DNA of 64,000 bases from an uncultured Prolixibacteraceae bacterium. Its GTDB lineage: Bacteria; Bacteroidota; Bacteroidia; Bacteroidales; FEN-979. Positions within the stretch are counted from its first letter, which is position 1; each line of letters starts with the position of its first letter. Shown one piece after another: positions 48,525 through 60,136 of the stretch. The notes under the pieces are model-generated. The model was not told the DNA's origin, made no database searches, and saw only the letters and a list, made by a program, of their open reading frames with translations. A program made the translations under genes and the position numbers. The stretch lies in contig CAYSAU010000015.1 of assembly GCA_964429135.1 (NCBI GenBank), positions 8,312-72,311 of the forward strand, read 5' to 3'.

Positions 48525-50606
48525 ATGGTCAAACAAATGGTATTCGCAATTACCCTCCTCATTACCTTGGGTGTATTTGGGTTCACTGTAAGCAGGATAA
48601 TTGGCTTCTTTCGGTTGACACGACCTGCTTTTCCGGTGAAAAATTTAGGAAAGCGATTTTTTTTAATGCTAAGGGTTGCCTTCGGGCAGACAAAGCTTTT
48701 TCGAAAACCGGTAATCGGTTTTTTTCATGCACTCGTTTTCTGGGGATTCTGTGTGATTCTTTTCGGAAGCATTGAAATGGTTATAGATGGTCTTTGGGGG
48801 AAAGAGAAATCATTAAGCAGTCTAGGTAGTATATATAACATCATTGTAGCCTCAGGTGATATTTTCGGACTACTTGTGGCCATTGCAATTCTGATCTTTC
48901 TTTTCCGGAGGCTGTTTTTTCATATCAAAAGATTTGAAGGTATCGAGATGAAAAAGATATCTCATCTTGATGCCAATATTGCACTCACGATGATCCTGCT
49001 GCTGATGATCTCCCTACTGGGCATGAATATCGCATATATAAAACTTAGTGAAGCAAACGATGGACATTTTACAGGGTATTATCCGGTCAGTCAGTTTTTT
49101 GCAATATTTTTCCAGGGATATTCCTGCATGCAAATCTCTTTCCTTTATGAGTTCTTTTGGTGGATGCACATTGTGTTGATTTTTATTTTTGCGAATATAC
49201 TTCCCTATTCCAAGCACTTTCATGTATTCATGTCTGTACCTAATGTTTTTCTGTCCAGACTCGATCCTTTGGGGAAACTCTCAAATATGGACCAAGTAAC
49301 CAGGGAAGTGAAACTGATGATATATCCCGAAATGGCAGACCCGGCAGATACTTCTGTAGAAGTCGAGCGCTTCGGGGTAAAAGATGCAGAAGACATAACC
49401 TGGAAAAATTATTTTGATGCCCTGTCCTGTACTGAATGCGGCAGATGTACCTCGGTTTGCCCGGCCAATCTGACAGGGAAAAAACTTTCCCCCCGCAAAA
49501 TCATGATGGATGTCAGAGCAAGGATGAAAGAAAAGGGCCCGGGTTTAAGAAAAAATGGAAAAAATTACGATGACAAAAAAGCACTTGTACTTGATTATAT
49601 CACGGAAGAAGAATTATGGGCATGTACAACCTGTAATGCATGTGCCAAAGAATGTCCGATTAATATCAACCATCCCAGTCTGATCCTCGATATGCGGAGG
49701 TATCTTGTAATGGAAAAAGGGTCAGCTCCCGGTGGTTTGAAATCGATTTTCAGCAATATCGAAAATAACGGAGCTCCCTGGCAATATTCTGCCGAGGACA
49801 GGTTGCTCTGGGCCAAAGATCTGAAAGTGAAAGTGCCTGTTATGTCGGATGTCTTTGCCCGGGGAGAAAGACCTGAGTATTTGTTTTGGGTTGGTTGTGC
49901 CGGTGCCTTCGACGACCGGTTTAAAAAAGTCGTTGCAGCTTTTGCGAAAATCCTGTCTTTTCTTAATGTCAGTTATGCAGTACTGGGACGGGAAGAATCC
50001 TGTACAGGTGATCCAGCACGCCGTGCAGGGAACGAAATGCTCTTCCAAATGCAGGCATTGCAAAACATTAGACTTTTCGAATCCTATGATATTAAAAAAA
50101 TTATCACTGTTTGCCCGCATTGCTATAATGTTTTTAAAAATGAATATCCTGACCTCGGAGCGGAAATAGAAGTGGAAAACTATCTGCATTTTCTTCTAAA
50201 ATTCATCAATTCCGGTCATCTTAAACTGGATCAGAATATTTTTGCCGAAGACACCATCACTTATCATGATCCTTGTTATCTAGGAAGGGCAAATGGTATT
50301 TATCAGGCACCGAGATCAATCCTGAAAACCCTTTCAGGAACTTTTATTGAAATGGAAAGAAATAAAAGTTTTGCACTCTGCTGCGGAGCCGGTGGAGGAC
50401 AAATGTTCAAAGAAGCAGAACAAGGCCAAAAGGAAATCTTCATTGAACGGACTGAAGAAGCTTTGGCAACAAACCCTTCAATTATTGCTACCGCTTGTCC
50501 TTTCTGCATGACAATGATAACGGATGGCATTAAATATAAAAACAGGGAAGAAAAGGTTAAAAATTATGATATTGCAGAAATCATAGCCGTTAACCTTGGG
50601 TTATAA
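48525..50606 (+). CDS. Membrane-bound (Fe-S) oxidoreductase with two CCG domains (EtfD/HdrD/GlpC-like), candidate ETF:quinone oxidoreductase
   Basis: 693 aa. The N-terminal region has about 5-6 TM helices with conserved His ([20 protein letters not shown]). There are two ferredoxin-type clusters ([24 protein letters not shown]) and cysteine-rich CCG-type motifs ([31 protein letters not shown]). Confidence 0.7.
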   Translation: MVKQMVFAITLLITLGVFGFTVSRIIGFFRLTRPAFPVKNLGKRFFLMLRVAFGQTKLFRKPVIGFFHALVFWGFCVILFGSIEMVIDGLWGKEKSLSSLGSIYNIIVASGDIFGLLVAIAILIFLFRRLFFHIKRFEGIEMKKISHLDANIALTMILLLMISLLGMNIAYIKLSEANDGHFTGYYPVSQFFAIFFQGYSCMQISFLYEFFWWMHIVLIFIFANILPYSKHFHVFMSVPNVFLSRLDPLGKLSNMDQVTREVKLMIYPEMADPADTSVEVERFGVKDAEDITWKNYFDALSCTECGRCTSVCPANLTGKKLSPRKIMMDVRARMKEKGPGLRKNGKNYDDKKALVLDYITEEELWACTTCNACAKECPININHPSLILDMRRYLVMEKGSAPGGLKSIFSNIENNGAPWQYSAEDRLLWAKDLKVKVPVMSDVFARGERPEYLFWVGCAGAFDDRFKKVVAAFAKILSFLNVSYAVLGREESCTGDPARRAGNEMLFQMQALQNIRLFESYDIKKIITVCPHCYNVFKNEYPDLGAEIEVENYLHFLLKFINSGHLKLDQNIFAEDTITYHDPCYLGRANGIYQAPRSILKTLSGTFIEMERNKSFALCCGAGGGQMFKEAEQGQKEIFIERTEEALATNPSIIATACPFCMTMITDGIKYKNREEKVKNYDIAEIIAVNLGL

Positions 50607-50636
50607 AAACTGACAATAGTAACTTATTTAGCAAAT

Positions 50637-52421
50637 ATGGAAAATAGAAAGGTTTTGAAAAGTGGAGAATTTCTCGTTGATGAGATTTCATCCAATGATG
50701 TTTTTATTCCGGAAGAATTCAACGAAGAGCAAAGAATGATTGCCCAAACCTGTCGGGATTTTCTGGAAACAGAAGTGTATCCTGTCATCGATAAAATAGA
50801 TGCTCCTGATATCAACCTCATGAAAAGTATTTTAAAAAAAGCTGGTGATCTGGGACTGATGGGTATCTCATTACCCGAGGAATATGGGGGGTTTGGCCAG
50901 TCGTTTGTAACCCAAATGCTGGCAGCTGAGACCATTGGCGCAGGGTACTCCTTCTCTGTTGCTTTCATGGCCCATACTGGAATCGGTACACTACCGATCA
51001 TGTATTACGGCAATGAGGAACAAAGACAGAAATATGTCACCCGCCTTGCCACCGGGGATCTATTAGGTGCTTACTGCCTAACGGAGCCTGGTGCAGGAAG
51101 TGATGCCAATTCGGGAAAAACCACCGCTGTCCTTTCAGAAGATGGAAAATATTACCTCTTAAATGGACAGAAAATGTGGATTACCAATGCAGGCTTTGCC
51201 GATATTCAAACCGTATTTGCTAAAATTGAAAGGGACAGGGTACTTAGCGCTTTTATTGTAGAACGCAGCCTTCCAGGTGTGATTGTCAACCCGGATGAAC
51301 ACAAAATGGGAATCAAAGGATCATCTACTGCTCAGATTTTTTATAATGATGTCAAAGTTCCGGCTGAAAATTTAATTGGAGCTCGAGGTGAAGGTTTCAG
51401 AATTGCCTTAAGTATCCTCCATATGGGAAGAATCAAACTGGGAGCCAATGTTTTGGGCGCGGCAAAAAAAGCAATCAGCGATTCTGTTAAATATGCAAAT
51501 GAACGTAAACAGTTCGGAGTCTTCATTTCAACTTTCGGTGCTATCAAGTATAAATTGGCTGAACAGGTAATCCGTACATTTGCCCTCGAATCAGCCATTT
51601 ACAGGTTAAGTAAAGATATCGACGACCAGATCGAAAAGAATAAAGCTGAAGGCATGGAAAAAGGTCATGCAAGTATTGAAGGGATCAGTCATTATGCTGT
51701 TGAAGCTGCCATCCTGAAAGTTTATGGTTCTGAGGTGCTGGATTACGTCATCGATGAAGCTGTTCAGATTCATGGAGGAATGGGCTATTCAGCAGAGATG
51801 CCGGTTGAACGTGGATACAGGGATTCCAGAATCAATCGTATTTTTGAAGGAACCAACGAGATCAATCGTCTTCTTGTTGTTGATACCGCGATGAAAAGAG
51901 CCATGAAGGGTGATTTTGACTTGTTTGGAGAGGCAGAAAAAATCTTTCATGGGGTCAGCGAAATTAAGCCCGAGACCAATAGTACAAAATCATATTTCGA
52001 AGAAAAGAAAGCATACGTTAAAAATTTTAAAAGAATTGCTCTCCTGGTCATTCATGCTGCATCCCATCATTTCGACAAGAAACTTATACAGGAGCAGGAA
52101 GTCCTCAACAATATTTCTGATGCCATTATTGGAATTTATATTGCTGAATCACTGTTGCTAAGGGTGGAAAAGCTAGAAAAAATAAAAGGAATGGATGCAT
52201 CTGATTTTTACAAGAAAATGTTGGATGTACTGATCTATGACACTGCCGGAAATATAAAGAAAGCCGCCCATGATGCCATAAATTCCATTTCAACTGGAAA
52301 TGAGATGCTTGTAGTCAATGATGCCATTGATATTTTATCACAAGTTCAGGCAATCAATGTTAAAGAATCCAGGAGAAAGATTGCAGATAAACTGATCGAT
52401 GACAATACATATAAGTTTTAA
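50637..52421 (+). CDS. Acyl-CoA dehydrogenase (long form with C-terminal extension)
   Basis: 594 aa with YCLTEPGAGSDA, WITNAG, QIHGGMGY, RIFEGTNEI. Immediately downstream of the etf/Fe-S genes. Confidence 0.85.
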   Translation: MENRKVLKSGEFLVDEISSNDVFIPEEFNEEQRMIAQTCRDFLETEVYPVIDKIDAPDINLMKSILKKAGDLGLMGISLPEEYGGFGQSFVTQMLAAETIGAGYSFSVAFMAHTGIGTLPIMYYGNEEQRQKYVTRLATGDLLGAYCLTEPGAGSDANSGKTTAVLSEDGKYYLLNGQKMWITNAGFADIQTVFAKIERDRVLSAFIVERSLPGVIVNPDEHKMGIKGSSTAQIFYNDVKVPAENLIGARGEGFRIALSILHMGRIKLGANVLGAAKKAISDSVKYANERKQFGVFISTFGAIKYKLAEQVIRTFALESAIYRLSKDIDDQIEKNKAEGMEKGHASIEGISHYAVEAAILKVYGSEVLDYVIDEAVQIHGGMGYSAEMPVERGYRDSRINRIFEGTNEINRLLVVDTAMKRAMKGDFDLFGEAEKIFHGVSEIKPETNSTKSYFEEKKAYVKNFKRIALLVIHAASHHFDKKLIQEQEVLNNISDAIIGIYIAESLLLRVEKLEKIKGMDASDFYKKMLDVLIYDTAGNIKKAAHDAINSISTGNEMLVVNDAIDILSQVQAINVKESRRKIADKLIDDNTYKF

Positions 52422-52442
52422 TGATTAATAAAGAAATTTTAA

Positions 52443-53264
52443 ATGCTTAATTTGAATTCTTATCTGGGCTTGATTTTTCTGGTCAGAACTTCAAATGATA
52501 GCTCATCCATGGATCCGACCCTGAGGAATATTATCGTATCGCTTGTTGTAATATTAATATTTTTAATCAGTCTTGTTTTTTTAAGAAGAAGGGTCTTTCC
52601 GATTTTTCGTCTCTGGTATATCATTCTGGTCTATGGAAAGTTCAGCTTTGAGTTTATTGAATTTTTTAAGGAACATAACCTGAGAAATCCTCATAATAAC
52701 TGTATCCGTGATGAAATAACCATGCATTTTGTGCCCTTCTTTAAAAAAATGAAGAATGCGGAGCACTTCATTACCAAAACAAAACTTGAGTTTGGAGAAG
52801 TGAAATATTTATCATCCTATAAAAACCTTGTCAGGCAAAAAGGGAATCCCGAATGCATCAATACGGCCAGGATGGGTGATTCAAGGGTCAAAGTTGTAGG
52901 TTTCAATGAGTTATTGGGCGGAATTAAGATGAAGTCATTGTACTATTTTATTGATGAGCGTTTTGTGATGGGCGAATATCTCTTTACGGAAATGCAGAGC
53001 ATAAAACCGACACAGATTGTAGGTACACTTTCTTCAAAATATCTTGACCATCAGACATTGAATACTGATTTATTTTACATCACTGATCCTATGGGAAATG
53101 AGTTGTTTTACGAAAATAATGGATTTTCAATTAATCTGAAATACCTCTTCGTCGGTGACAAGGAGATTAATGATTTGTTTAGATATATTTTTCCTTCTGG
53201 CGAGATGAATGGCATAAATGTTCAGAAGGGGATAAAAGATGAGGATTTGTTTAACCGGTTTTAA
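52443..53264 (+). CDS. Hypothetical protein with one predicted TM helix
   Basis: 273-aa ORF with a hydrophobic segment (IIVSLVVILIFLISLVFL). No recognised motif. The start is uncertain (an ATG at aa 23 is an alternative). The 3' end overlaps the clpC 3' end by 4 nt, convergently. Confidence 0.4.
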   Translation: MLNLNSYLGLIFLVRTSNDSSSMDPTLRNIIVSLVVILIFLISLVFLRRRVFPIFRLWYIILVYGKFSFEFIEFFKEHNLRNPHNNCIRDEITMHFVPFFKKMKNAEHFITKTKLEFGEVKYLSSYKNLVRQKGNPECINTARMGDSRVKVVGFNELLGGIKMKSLYYFIDERFVMGEYLFTEMQSIKPTQIVGTLSSKYLDHQTLNTDLFYITDPMGNELFYENNGFSINLKYLFVGDKEINDLFRYIFPSGEMNGINVQKGIKDEDLFNRF

Positions 53265-55798
53265 TCTTTCTCCTCATTACTTTTCACCAAGACACTGATT
53301 TCCGCAATTTCTTCATCAAAATCAATGACAATTAGGTCGTTTGAAGTGATTTTTGTTTTAATGATTTCTTCTGCAAGTTTATCTTCAATATATTTCTGAA
53401 TGGCACGCTTCAGGGGTCTGGCTCCGAATTGGGCATCCCATCCTTTTTCTACAATAAATTCTTTTGCTTCAGTGCTGATGGTTATCTGATAACCCATATT
53501 TTTAACCCGTTCATAGAGCTGTTTTAACTCTATGTCAATAATCTTATGAATATCTTCCCGCTCAAGGGCATTGAAGATGACAACATCATCAATCCGGTTT
53601 AGAAATTCAGGGGCAAATGCTTTCTTAAGGGCATTCTCGATTACACCTCTTGTATGCTCCGCGCTGGCAGCCTCTCTTGCTGAAGTAACAAAACCGACAC
53701 CCTGTCCAAAATCCTTCAATTGTCTGGATCCGATATTGGAAGTCATGATCACAATGGTATTTTTGAAATCGACCTTTCGTCCAAAGCTGTCTGTCAGTTG
53801 GCCATCATCGAGTACCTGTAATAAAAGATGAAATACATCAGGATGTGCTTTTTCAATTTCATCAAGAAGTACGATGGAGTAGGGGCGACGTCGAATTTTT
53901 TCGGTCAATTGCCCCCCTTCCTCATACCCGACATATCCCGGAGGTGCTCCGATCAACCTAGAAACAGCAAATTTCTCCATATATTCACTCATGTCTATTC
54001 TGACTAGAGCATCTTCAGTATCAAATAAATACCTGGCAAGGATTTTTGCCAAATGGGTCTTTCCAACCCCTGTGGGACCAAGAAAAATAAAACTTCCGAT
54101 AGGTTTATTCGGATCTTTAAGTCCTGCCCTGTTTCTCCTGATAGATCGTACAACTTTCTGAATGGCTTCATTCTGACCTATGACTGAACCGGCAAGTTCA
54201 TCTTCCATATTCAGTAAGCGATCACTTTCATTTTTTGCGATCCTCTGAACAGGAATACCGGTCATCATTGCAACAACTTCAGCGACATTTTCTTCGGTAA
54301 CTATCTGACGGTTTATTTTCGCGTTTTCTTCCCATTTTCTTTTTTCACGTTCAAGACTTTCCTGTAGTTTTCTTTCACGATCCCTCAAATCAGCTGCTTC
54401 TTCAAATTTCTGGCTGTTTATGGCATTCATTTTAAGCTTCCGGGTTTCTTCGATCTGGTTTTCAATGTTCACTATTTCATCAGGGACATGGATGTTTGAG
54501 ATATGAACGCGGGCTCCTGCCTCGTCCAATGCATCAATGGCCTTATCTGGTAAATAACGGTCACTGATGTACCTGTTGGTCAATGAAACGCAGGATTTTA
54601 TTGCATCATCGGTATATTGAACCAGATGATGATCCTCATACTTTTCTTTAATATTATTAAGAATTTCAACGGTTTCTTCCGTTGTGGTGGGGTCGACAAG
54701 CACTTTCTGAAAACGTCTTTCAAGAGCTCCGTCTTTTTCAATGTACTGACGGTAATCATCCAGCGTAGTGGCACCGATGCACTGAATTTCACCCCTGGCC
54801 AAGGCGGGTTTGAACATATTTGAGGCATCCAGAGAACCTGAGGCGTTCCCTGCACCAACAATGGTATGGATCTCATCAATGAAAAGAATGATATTTGAAT
54901 TTTTTTCAAGTTCATTCAGTACCGCTTTCATACGTTCTTCGAACTGACCGCGATATTTGGTTCCAGCAACCAGAGAAGCCAGGTCAAGGGAAACAATGCG
55001 TTTGTTGAACAAAGCTCTGGATACTTTTCTTTGTACAATACGTAAAGCAAGTCCCTCGGCTATTGCCGACTTTCCGACACCAGGTTCCCCGATCAATATA
55101 GGGTTGTTTTTTTTACGCCGGCTTAACACCTGGGCAATCCGCTGAAGTTCTTTCTCCCTTCCGACAATTGGATCAAGACGACCTTCCTCTGCTGATTTTG
55201 TAATGTCTCTTCCAAAATTATCAAGAACAGGTGTTTTTGATTTGGAATCCTGAGGTTTCTTCTGACCGGAACTAAAAGCCTTCGACCCTTCTTCAGGATC
55301 TTCTTCGTCATCATCTTTCGGTAAAATATCCTGAGGGTCAGACTGTTTATTGATTTGACCATTGGTTAAGATCAGGGTTAGTTCCTCTTTGACAGACTCA
55401 TAACTGACTCCAAAATTTGAAAATGTTTTGGTCACCAAGTTGTTTTCATCTTTTAAAATGGCTAACAACAGATGCTCCGTTCCAATTAATTCACTATTGA
55501 ACAGCTTTGCTTCAAGGTAAGTGATTTTTAAGGCCCTTTCAGCTTGCTTGATCAGCGGAAGATTCTCGGGATTTTTTGTCTCCTCTTTATGGCTGGCTAC
55601 AGCCAATTCCACTTTTTTTCTGATTTCTTTCAGATCTGTACCTAGATTTCTTAATATCCTGATGGCTAAACCATTCCCTTCCCGGATAATGCCAAGTAAA
55701 AAATGCTCAAGTCCGATGTAATCGTTACCCAATCGTTGAGCTTCTTCGCGGCTGTATATTAAAACGTCTTTAACACGTTGAGAAAACCTTGCTTCCAT
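53261..55798 (-). CDS. clpC: ATP-dependent Clp protease ATP-binding subunit ClpC
   Basis: Clp_N repeats ([33 protein letters not shown]), two AAA+ modules (GEPGVGKSA; GPTGVGKTH), and a UVR-like linker ([14 protein letters not shown]). The track start, TTG 55888, lies inside the TACCTTTG box, so ATG 55798 (MEARFSQ) was chosen. Confidence 0.9.
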   Translation of the reverse strand: MEARFSQRVKDVLIYSREEAQRLGNDYIGLEHFLLGIIREGNGLAIRILRNLGTDLKEIRKKVELAVASHKEETKNPENLPLIKQAERALKITYLEAKLFNSELIGTEHLLLAILKDENNLVTKTFSNFGVSYESVKEELTLILTNGQINKQSDPQDILPKDDDEEDPEEGSKAFSSGQKKPQDSKSKTPVLDNFGRDITKSAEEGRLDPIVGREKELQRIAQVLSRRKKNNPILIGEPGVGKSAIAEGLALRIVQRKVSRALFNKRIVSLDLASLVAGTKYRGQFEERMKAVLNELEKNSNIILFIDEIHTIVGAGNASGSLDASNMFKPALARGEIQCIGATTLDDYRQYIEKDGALERRFQKVLVDPTTTEETVEILNNIKEKYEDHHLVQYTDDAIKSCVSLTNRYISDRYLPDKAIDALDEAGARVHISNIHVPDEIVNIENQIEETRKLKMNAINSQKFEEAADLRDRERKLQESLEREKRKWEENAKINRQIVTEENVAEVVAMMTGIPVQRIAKNESDRLLNMEDELAGSVIGQNEAIQKVVRSIRRNRAGLKDPNKPIGSFIFLGPTGVGKTHLAKILARYLFDTEDALVRIDMSEYMEKFAVSRLIGAPPGYVGYEEGGQLTEKIRRRPYSIVLLDEIEKAHPDVFHLLLQVLDDGQLTDSFGRKVDFKNTIVIMTSNIGSRQLKDFGQGVGFVTSAREAASAEHTRGVIENALKKAFAPEFLNRIDDVVIFNALEREDIHKIIDIELKQLYERVKNMGYQITISTEAKEFIVEKGWDAQFGARPLKRAIQKYIEDKLAEEIIKTKITSNDLIVIDFDEEIAEISVLVKSNEEKD

Positions 55799-55885
55799 AA
55801 TTATAAAATTGTGAACTTCATATAAACGGATAAAACTAACAAAAATTGAACCATATCCAAAAAACGGCATTCTGTCATAACTTTT

Positions 55886-55893
55886 CAAAGGTA
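55886..55893 (-). promoter_or_regulatory. -7 promoter box TACCTTTG for clpC
   Basis: Plus-strand CAAAGGTA, 87 nt upstream of ATG 55798 on the minus strand, which implies a leader of about 80 nt. Confidence 0.45.
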
Positions 55894-56073
55894 GGCTTCA
55901 AACCCTGTATTTTTTTTCAAAAACCCTTAATTTATTAACATTTCCATGTTAGTAATGGGTTAAAATAATTCATCAGATTCTCATGGTTATCACACGGATA
56001 ATTCTTATCTTCGTTGAATAGAAAAATCAAAATTATCTATCTGTATTTCAATCATATAACCTAGAATATAAAA

Positions 56074-58602
56074 ATGGAAAACGGAGAAAAGATCATTCAG
56101 GTGAACATAGAGAACCAGATGAAGACGGCTTATATTGATTATTCGATGTCAGTCATTGTGGCAAGGGCTTTACCGGATGCTCGTGATGGATTAAAACCAG
56201 TACACCGTAGGGTACTTTTCGGCATGTACGAATTGGGTCTGTTCTCGAACAGAAGCTATAAAAAATCAGCCAGGATTGTAGGTGAAGTGCTGGGGAAATA
56301 TCATCCACATGGTGATACTTCCGTTTATGATGCCATGGTACGTATGGCCCAGGAATGGAGTTTAAGGTATCCATTGGTCGACGGACAGGGCAATTTTGGA
56401 TCCATGGATGGGGATAGTCCCGCGGCCATGCGTTATACTGAGGCAAAGTTTAAAAAAATTGCAGAAGAGATGTTGGCTGATCTTGAAAAAGATACAGTTG
56501 ATATGCGTTTAAATTTTGATGATACTTTAAAGGAGCCCACGGTACTCCCTTCAGGAATCCCCAATCTTTTAATCAACGGAGCTTCCGGAATAGCAGTCGG
56601 GATGGCAACAAATATGGCACCCCATAACCTTAGTGAAGTAGTGGATGGGATCATTGCTTATATTGACAATCGTGACATTACAATTCCTGAGCTGATGAGA
56701 TTTATCAAAGCTCCTGATTTTCCAACGGGTGGAGTTATTTATGGTTATGAAGGCGTGAAAGAGGCATACGAAACCGGCAGGGGAAGAATCATTTTGCGAG
56801 GTGAAACAAAAATTGAGCAGGAAGAAAATGGGCGTGAGAAAATCATTGTTACCTCCATTCCTTATCAGATCAATAAGGCGGAAATGATTAAAAAAACGGC
56901 GGATCTTGTCAATGATAAAAAAATAGAAGGAATTTTTGATATCCGGGATGAATCAGATCGTTCAGGAGTCAGAATTGTTTACGAGCTTAAAAAAGAAGCC
57001 ATAACCAATGTTGTTCTCAATAAGCTTTATCAGATGACCGCATTGCAGACTTCTTTCAGCATCAATAATATTGCACTCGTCAAAGGTCGTCCGGTTATCC
57101 TTAACTTAAAAGACCTCATTATTCAATATGTCGAGCACAGGCATGAAGTCGTAATCCGTCGAACTAAATTCGATCTTGCTGAGGCGGAGAAAAGAGCACA
57201 TATTCTTGAAGGCTTACTGGTAGCATTGGATAATCTGGATGCAATAATTACCTTGATACGGGCCTCACAGACACCGGAAATTGCAAAACAGGGATTAATG
57301 GAAAGTTTTCAACTTTCTGATATACAGGCTAAAGCAATTCTTGACATGCGCCTGCAACGTTTAACAGGACTGGAAAGAGATAAAATCAAGGAAGAATATG
57401 CTGAATTATTGAAGTTAATCTCATATTATAAAGATTTATTGGGTGATGTTGGATTAAGAATGGAGATCATTAAAAAGGAATTACTTGAGATTAAAGAAAA
57501 ATACGGGGATGAACCAAGAACTCAAATTATATATTCTGCTTCGGATTTCAGGATTGAAGATACAATTGCTAATGAAAATGTTGTCATCACTATTTCTCAT
57601 CTTGGTTATATCAAACGGACACCGCTATCGGAATACCGTCGTCAGAACAGGGGAGGGAGAGGCGTAAAAGGATCTGAAATAAGGGATGAGGATTTTCTTG
57701 AGCATTTATTTGTGGCGACAAACCATAATTACTTATTGTTTTTTACTGAAAAAGGGAAATGCTTCTGGCTGAGGGTGTTTGAGATCCCTGAAGGAGCAAA
57801 AACTTCAAAAGGAAGAGCCATCCAGAATCTGATTAACATTGAGGGTGATGATAAAGTAAGGGCATTCGTCAATATTAAAGATTTGAAAGACATCGAATAC
57901 ATCACGCACAATTTTATCATACTGGCGACAAAAAACGGGACAATCAAGAAAACATCACTGGAAGCCTATTCACGACCGAGACAAAATGGGATCAATGCAA
58001 TCACCATTCATGAAGGAGATCAACTTTTGGAAGCAAAGCTTACTCAGGGATCTGATGAAATTGTACTTGCCCTGAAATCCGGGAGAGCCATCAGATTTAA
58101 TGAAACTACCGTCAGACCTATGGGGCGAAATGCAGCCGGAGTCAGGGGAATACGCCTATCGGGATCAAAAGATGAAGTGGTTGGCATGATTTGTATTCCC
58201 ATAGAAAAGAAATGTGAAATTCTTGTTGTTTCTGAAAACGGATTCGGGAAACGCTCAAGTATTGATGATTACAGGGTAACCAACCGCGGAGGAAAAGGAG
58301 TTAAAACCATCAACATCACCGATAAAACAGGTGCTTTAATTGCCATTAAAGATGTAACTGATAATGATGATCTTATGATTATTAATCGTTCAGGTGTAAT
58401 TATTCGTATGGCTGTTTCTGAGTTAAGAATTGTAGGACGTGCAACCCAAGGGGTAAGATTGATAAAAATTGATGAGGGTGATTCCATCGCGGCAGTTACA
58501 AAGGTTGATGTAGTGGAAGATGCGGAGAATGGACATGATGAAGTGACAGAAGGCGATCCAGTAACCTCCCAAGAGGAAAGCAGTGTTGAAACTGAAAATT
58601 AA
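56074..58602 (+). CDS. gyrA: DNA gyrase subunit A
   Basis: 842 aa with [35 protein letters not shown] (QRDR), AAMRYTE (catalytic Tyr), and C-terminal beta-pinwheel repeats with an acidic tail. Confidence 0.95.
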   Translation: MENGEKIIQVNIENQMKTAYIDYSMSVIVARALPDARDGLKPVHRRVLFGMYELGLFSNRSYKKSARIVGEVLGKYHPHGDTSVYDAMVRMAQEWSLRYPLVDGQGNFGSMDGDSPAAMRYTEAKFKKIAEEMLADLEKDTVDMRLNFDDTLKEPTVLPSGIPNLLINGASGIAVGMATNMAPHNLSEVVDGIIAYIDNRDITIPELMRFIKAPDFPTGGVIYGYEGVKEAYETGRGRIILRGETKIEQEENGREKIIVTSIPYQINKAEMIKKTADLVNDKKIEGIFDIRDESDRSGVRIVYELKKEAITNVVLNKLYQMTALQTSFSINNIALVKGRPVILNLKDLIIQYVEHRHEVVIRRTKFDLAEAEKRAHILEGLLVALDNLDAIITLIRASQTPEIAKQGLMESFQLSDIQAKAILDMRLQRLTGLERDKIKEEYAELLKLISYYKDLLGDVGLRMEIIKKELLEIKEKYGDEPRTQIIYSASDFRIEDTIANENVVITISHLGYIKRTPLSEYRRQNRGGRGVKGSEIRDEDFLEHLFVATNHNYLLFFTEKGKCFWLRVFEIPEGAKTSKGRAIQNLINIEGDDKVRAFVNIKDLKDIEYITHNFIILATKNGTIKKTSLEAYSRPRQNGINAITIHEGDQLLEAKLTQGSDEIVLALKSGRAIRFNETTVRPMGRNAAGVRGIRLSGSKDEVVGMICIPIEKKCEILVVSENGFGKRSSIDDYRVTNRGGKGVKTINITDKTGALIAIKDVTDNDDLMIINRSGVIIRMAVSELRIVGRATQGVRLIKIDEGDSIAAVTKVDVVEDAENGHDEVTEGDPVTSQEESSVETEN

Positions 58603-58639
58603 TTTGTTACAAATACTCAACAATTCAAACCATATTTTT

Positions 58640-58647
58640 TATCTTTG
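58640..58647 (+). promoter_or_regulatory. -7 promoter box TATCTTTG
   Basis: Exact consensus match, 28 nt before ATG 58676 (TPR protein). Confidence 0.5.
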
Positions 58648-58675
58648 TGGCATAAATATTTAAAATAGGATTAAT

Positions 58676-59881
58676 ATGAAAAGGATTCTTGTCGGCTCAT
58701 TGCTTGTTCTGGCTATTATTTACGTTAAAGCTCAGAGTGTTAATACACAAACTGCATACAATTTTCTGAAAGAGTATAATCGTTCAAAAAGCCAGGACGA
58801 TAAACAAAAAAAATTGGCTGAGGCAAAAAAATATATTGATGATGCTTCTGTCAATTCTGAAACATCTGGAGATGCTAAGACATGGTTTTATAAAGCGTTG
58901 ATTTATATTAATCTGTACAGGGATAATCCTGTTAATCAGGAATTTCTCAACATTGCTCTTTCGTCCTTTAAAAATGCTTATGAATTTGATACCAAGAAGA
59001 AATATACCGAAGAAATTCAGGTGAATATTGATACACTCAGACAAAGGTTTTATCAGGAAGGGGTGGAGAAGTTCAACCAAAGAAAATATGAAGAATCAAT
59101 GTTCAAAATTGAAAGTGCAGCAAATCTTTTTCAAATTGTCAATCAGACAGATACTGCATTATTACTCATTGCTGCTGTAGCTGCTGATAAAGCAGAAAGA
59201 TATGATAAAGCCCGCGATTATTATTTAAGTACACTGAAAGCTGGAAAAAATACAGCTGAAGTTTATATTGGTTTGACAAATTATTATACTAAGTTAAGGG
59301 AAAAAGAAAATGCCTATGATATCATGAAGAAAGGTCGTGATCTTTATCCAAAAGATGAAGATCTGATTAAAGCTGAAACCAATATGTATCTGGGATTTGG
59401 TGAAGATGAAAAGGCACTCGAAAAACTTAAAGTGATCACACAAACCGATTCATTAAATCCATCGGTATTCTTTGTCATGGGCACATTGTACGACAAAGCA
59501 TATAATGATACCCTTAAAACAGTGGAGGAAAGAGGTTTAATTTTTGGTAATGCTGTAAAAGCCTATGAAAAGGCCATTAAGATAAATCCAAAATATTTTG
59601 ATGCCTACTTTAATCTTGGTGCCTTGTACTTTAATACTGGCGCAAATTATCATAATGCTGCCAACAAGTTACCTTTGGAAAAAGCAGAAGAGTATAAAAA
59701 ACTTTCCGATCAGGGAACAAAGAATTTTGAGCTTGCACTTCCATTTTTAACTATTGCAAATGAACTTGATCCCAGCGATATGAATACGCTGCTTTCACTT
59801 AAACAAATTTATTCAATTCAGGGAAAGAAGGAGAAAATTGAGGAAATAAACGTTAAGATCAATGAACTAAGAAAAAAATAG
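58676..59881 (+). CDS. Secreted TPR-repeat protein
   Basis: Signal peptide (LVLAIIYVKAQ) and repeated TPR-like A..Y..A......P....A..NLG segments. Followed by a strong terminator. Confidence 0.6.
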   Translation: MKRILVGSLLVLAIIYVKAQSVNTQTAYNFLKEYNRSKSQDDKQKKLAEAKKYIDDASVNSETSGDAKTWFYKALIYINLYRDNPVNQEFLNIALSSFKNAYEFDTKKKYTEEIQVNIDTLRQRFYQEGVEKFNQRKYEESMFKIESAANLFQIVNQTDTALLLIAAVAADKAERYDKARDYYLSTLKAGKNTAEVYIGLTNYYTKLREKENAYDIMKKGRDLYPKDEDLIKAETNMYLGFGEDEKALEKLKVITQTDSLNPSVFFVMGTLYDKAYNDTLKTVEERGLIFGNAVKAYEKAIKINPKYFDAYFNLGALYFNTGANYHNAANKLPLEKAEEYKKLSDQGTKNFELALPFLTIANELDPSDMNTLLSLKQIYSIQGKKEKIEEINVKINELRKK

Positions 59882-59900
59882 GGGTAAAATACCCTTTAAA

Positions 59901-59928
59901 GAAGTCGTATTATTACGACTTCATTTTT
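59901..59928 (+). terminator. Rho-independent terminator after the TPR gene
   Basis: Perfect 9-bp stem GAAGTCGTA / TACGACTTC with loop TTAT (59901-59922), followed by ATTTTT. Confidence 0.75.
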
Positions 59929-60085
59929 AAATCCTTTACTTAACATAATATTAATTATAAGAAATATTAGTAAGTCTTTTATTCTGATACTCAGCTATAT
60001 AATTTTTTTAAATTAAACATCTCTCCCTTACAGAATAATAAACCATTTTTCTTATGTTGTTAAGCAATTATTTATTGAAAACAGG

Positions 60086-60093
60086 TAGTTTTG
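60086..60093 (+). promoter_or_regulatory. -7 promoter box TAGTTTTG
   Basis: Exact consensus match, 43 nt before ATG 60137. Confidence 0.45.
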
Positions 60094-60136
60094 CTTTGTA
60101 TTTTAATTCAGCAATGATAATTTTTAAAAAGGTTAT

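Noticed and set aside
23850-50189. Long antisense or overlapping ORFs inside well-supported genes, for example 37268-37786, 49722-50189, 23850-24311, 34607-35047, 27723-28157 and 31665-32072, plus the many 60-100-aa ORFs in the track.
   Set aside because: Each is fully embedded in a longer ORF with clear family motifs on the other strand or frame, and their products have no recognisable motifs. They are shadow ORFs.
16731-55888. N-terminal extensions given in the ORF track (starts at 16731, 23448, 24565, 32746, 40822, 46723 and 55888; also 10199, 11627, 30750 and 43188).
   Set aside because: The first group starts at a TTG inside or just before a TAnnTTTG promoter box. The second group would overlap the preceding gene substantially. 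Downstream starts restore canonical N-termini (signal peptides, lipoboxes, [30 protein letters not shown] near the N-terminus).
55987-56038. A cluster of TTATC/GATAA pentamers (TTATCacacgGATAA, TTATCttcg, TTATCtatc) upstream of gyrA, as possible DnaA boxes or an oriC.
   Set aside because: None matches more than 5 of 9 positions of TTATCCACA, and pentamers like these are expected by chance in such AT-rich DNA. It is more likely part of the divergent clpC/gyrA promoter region.
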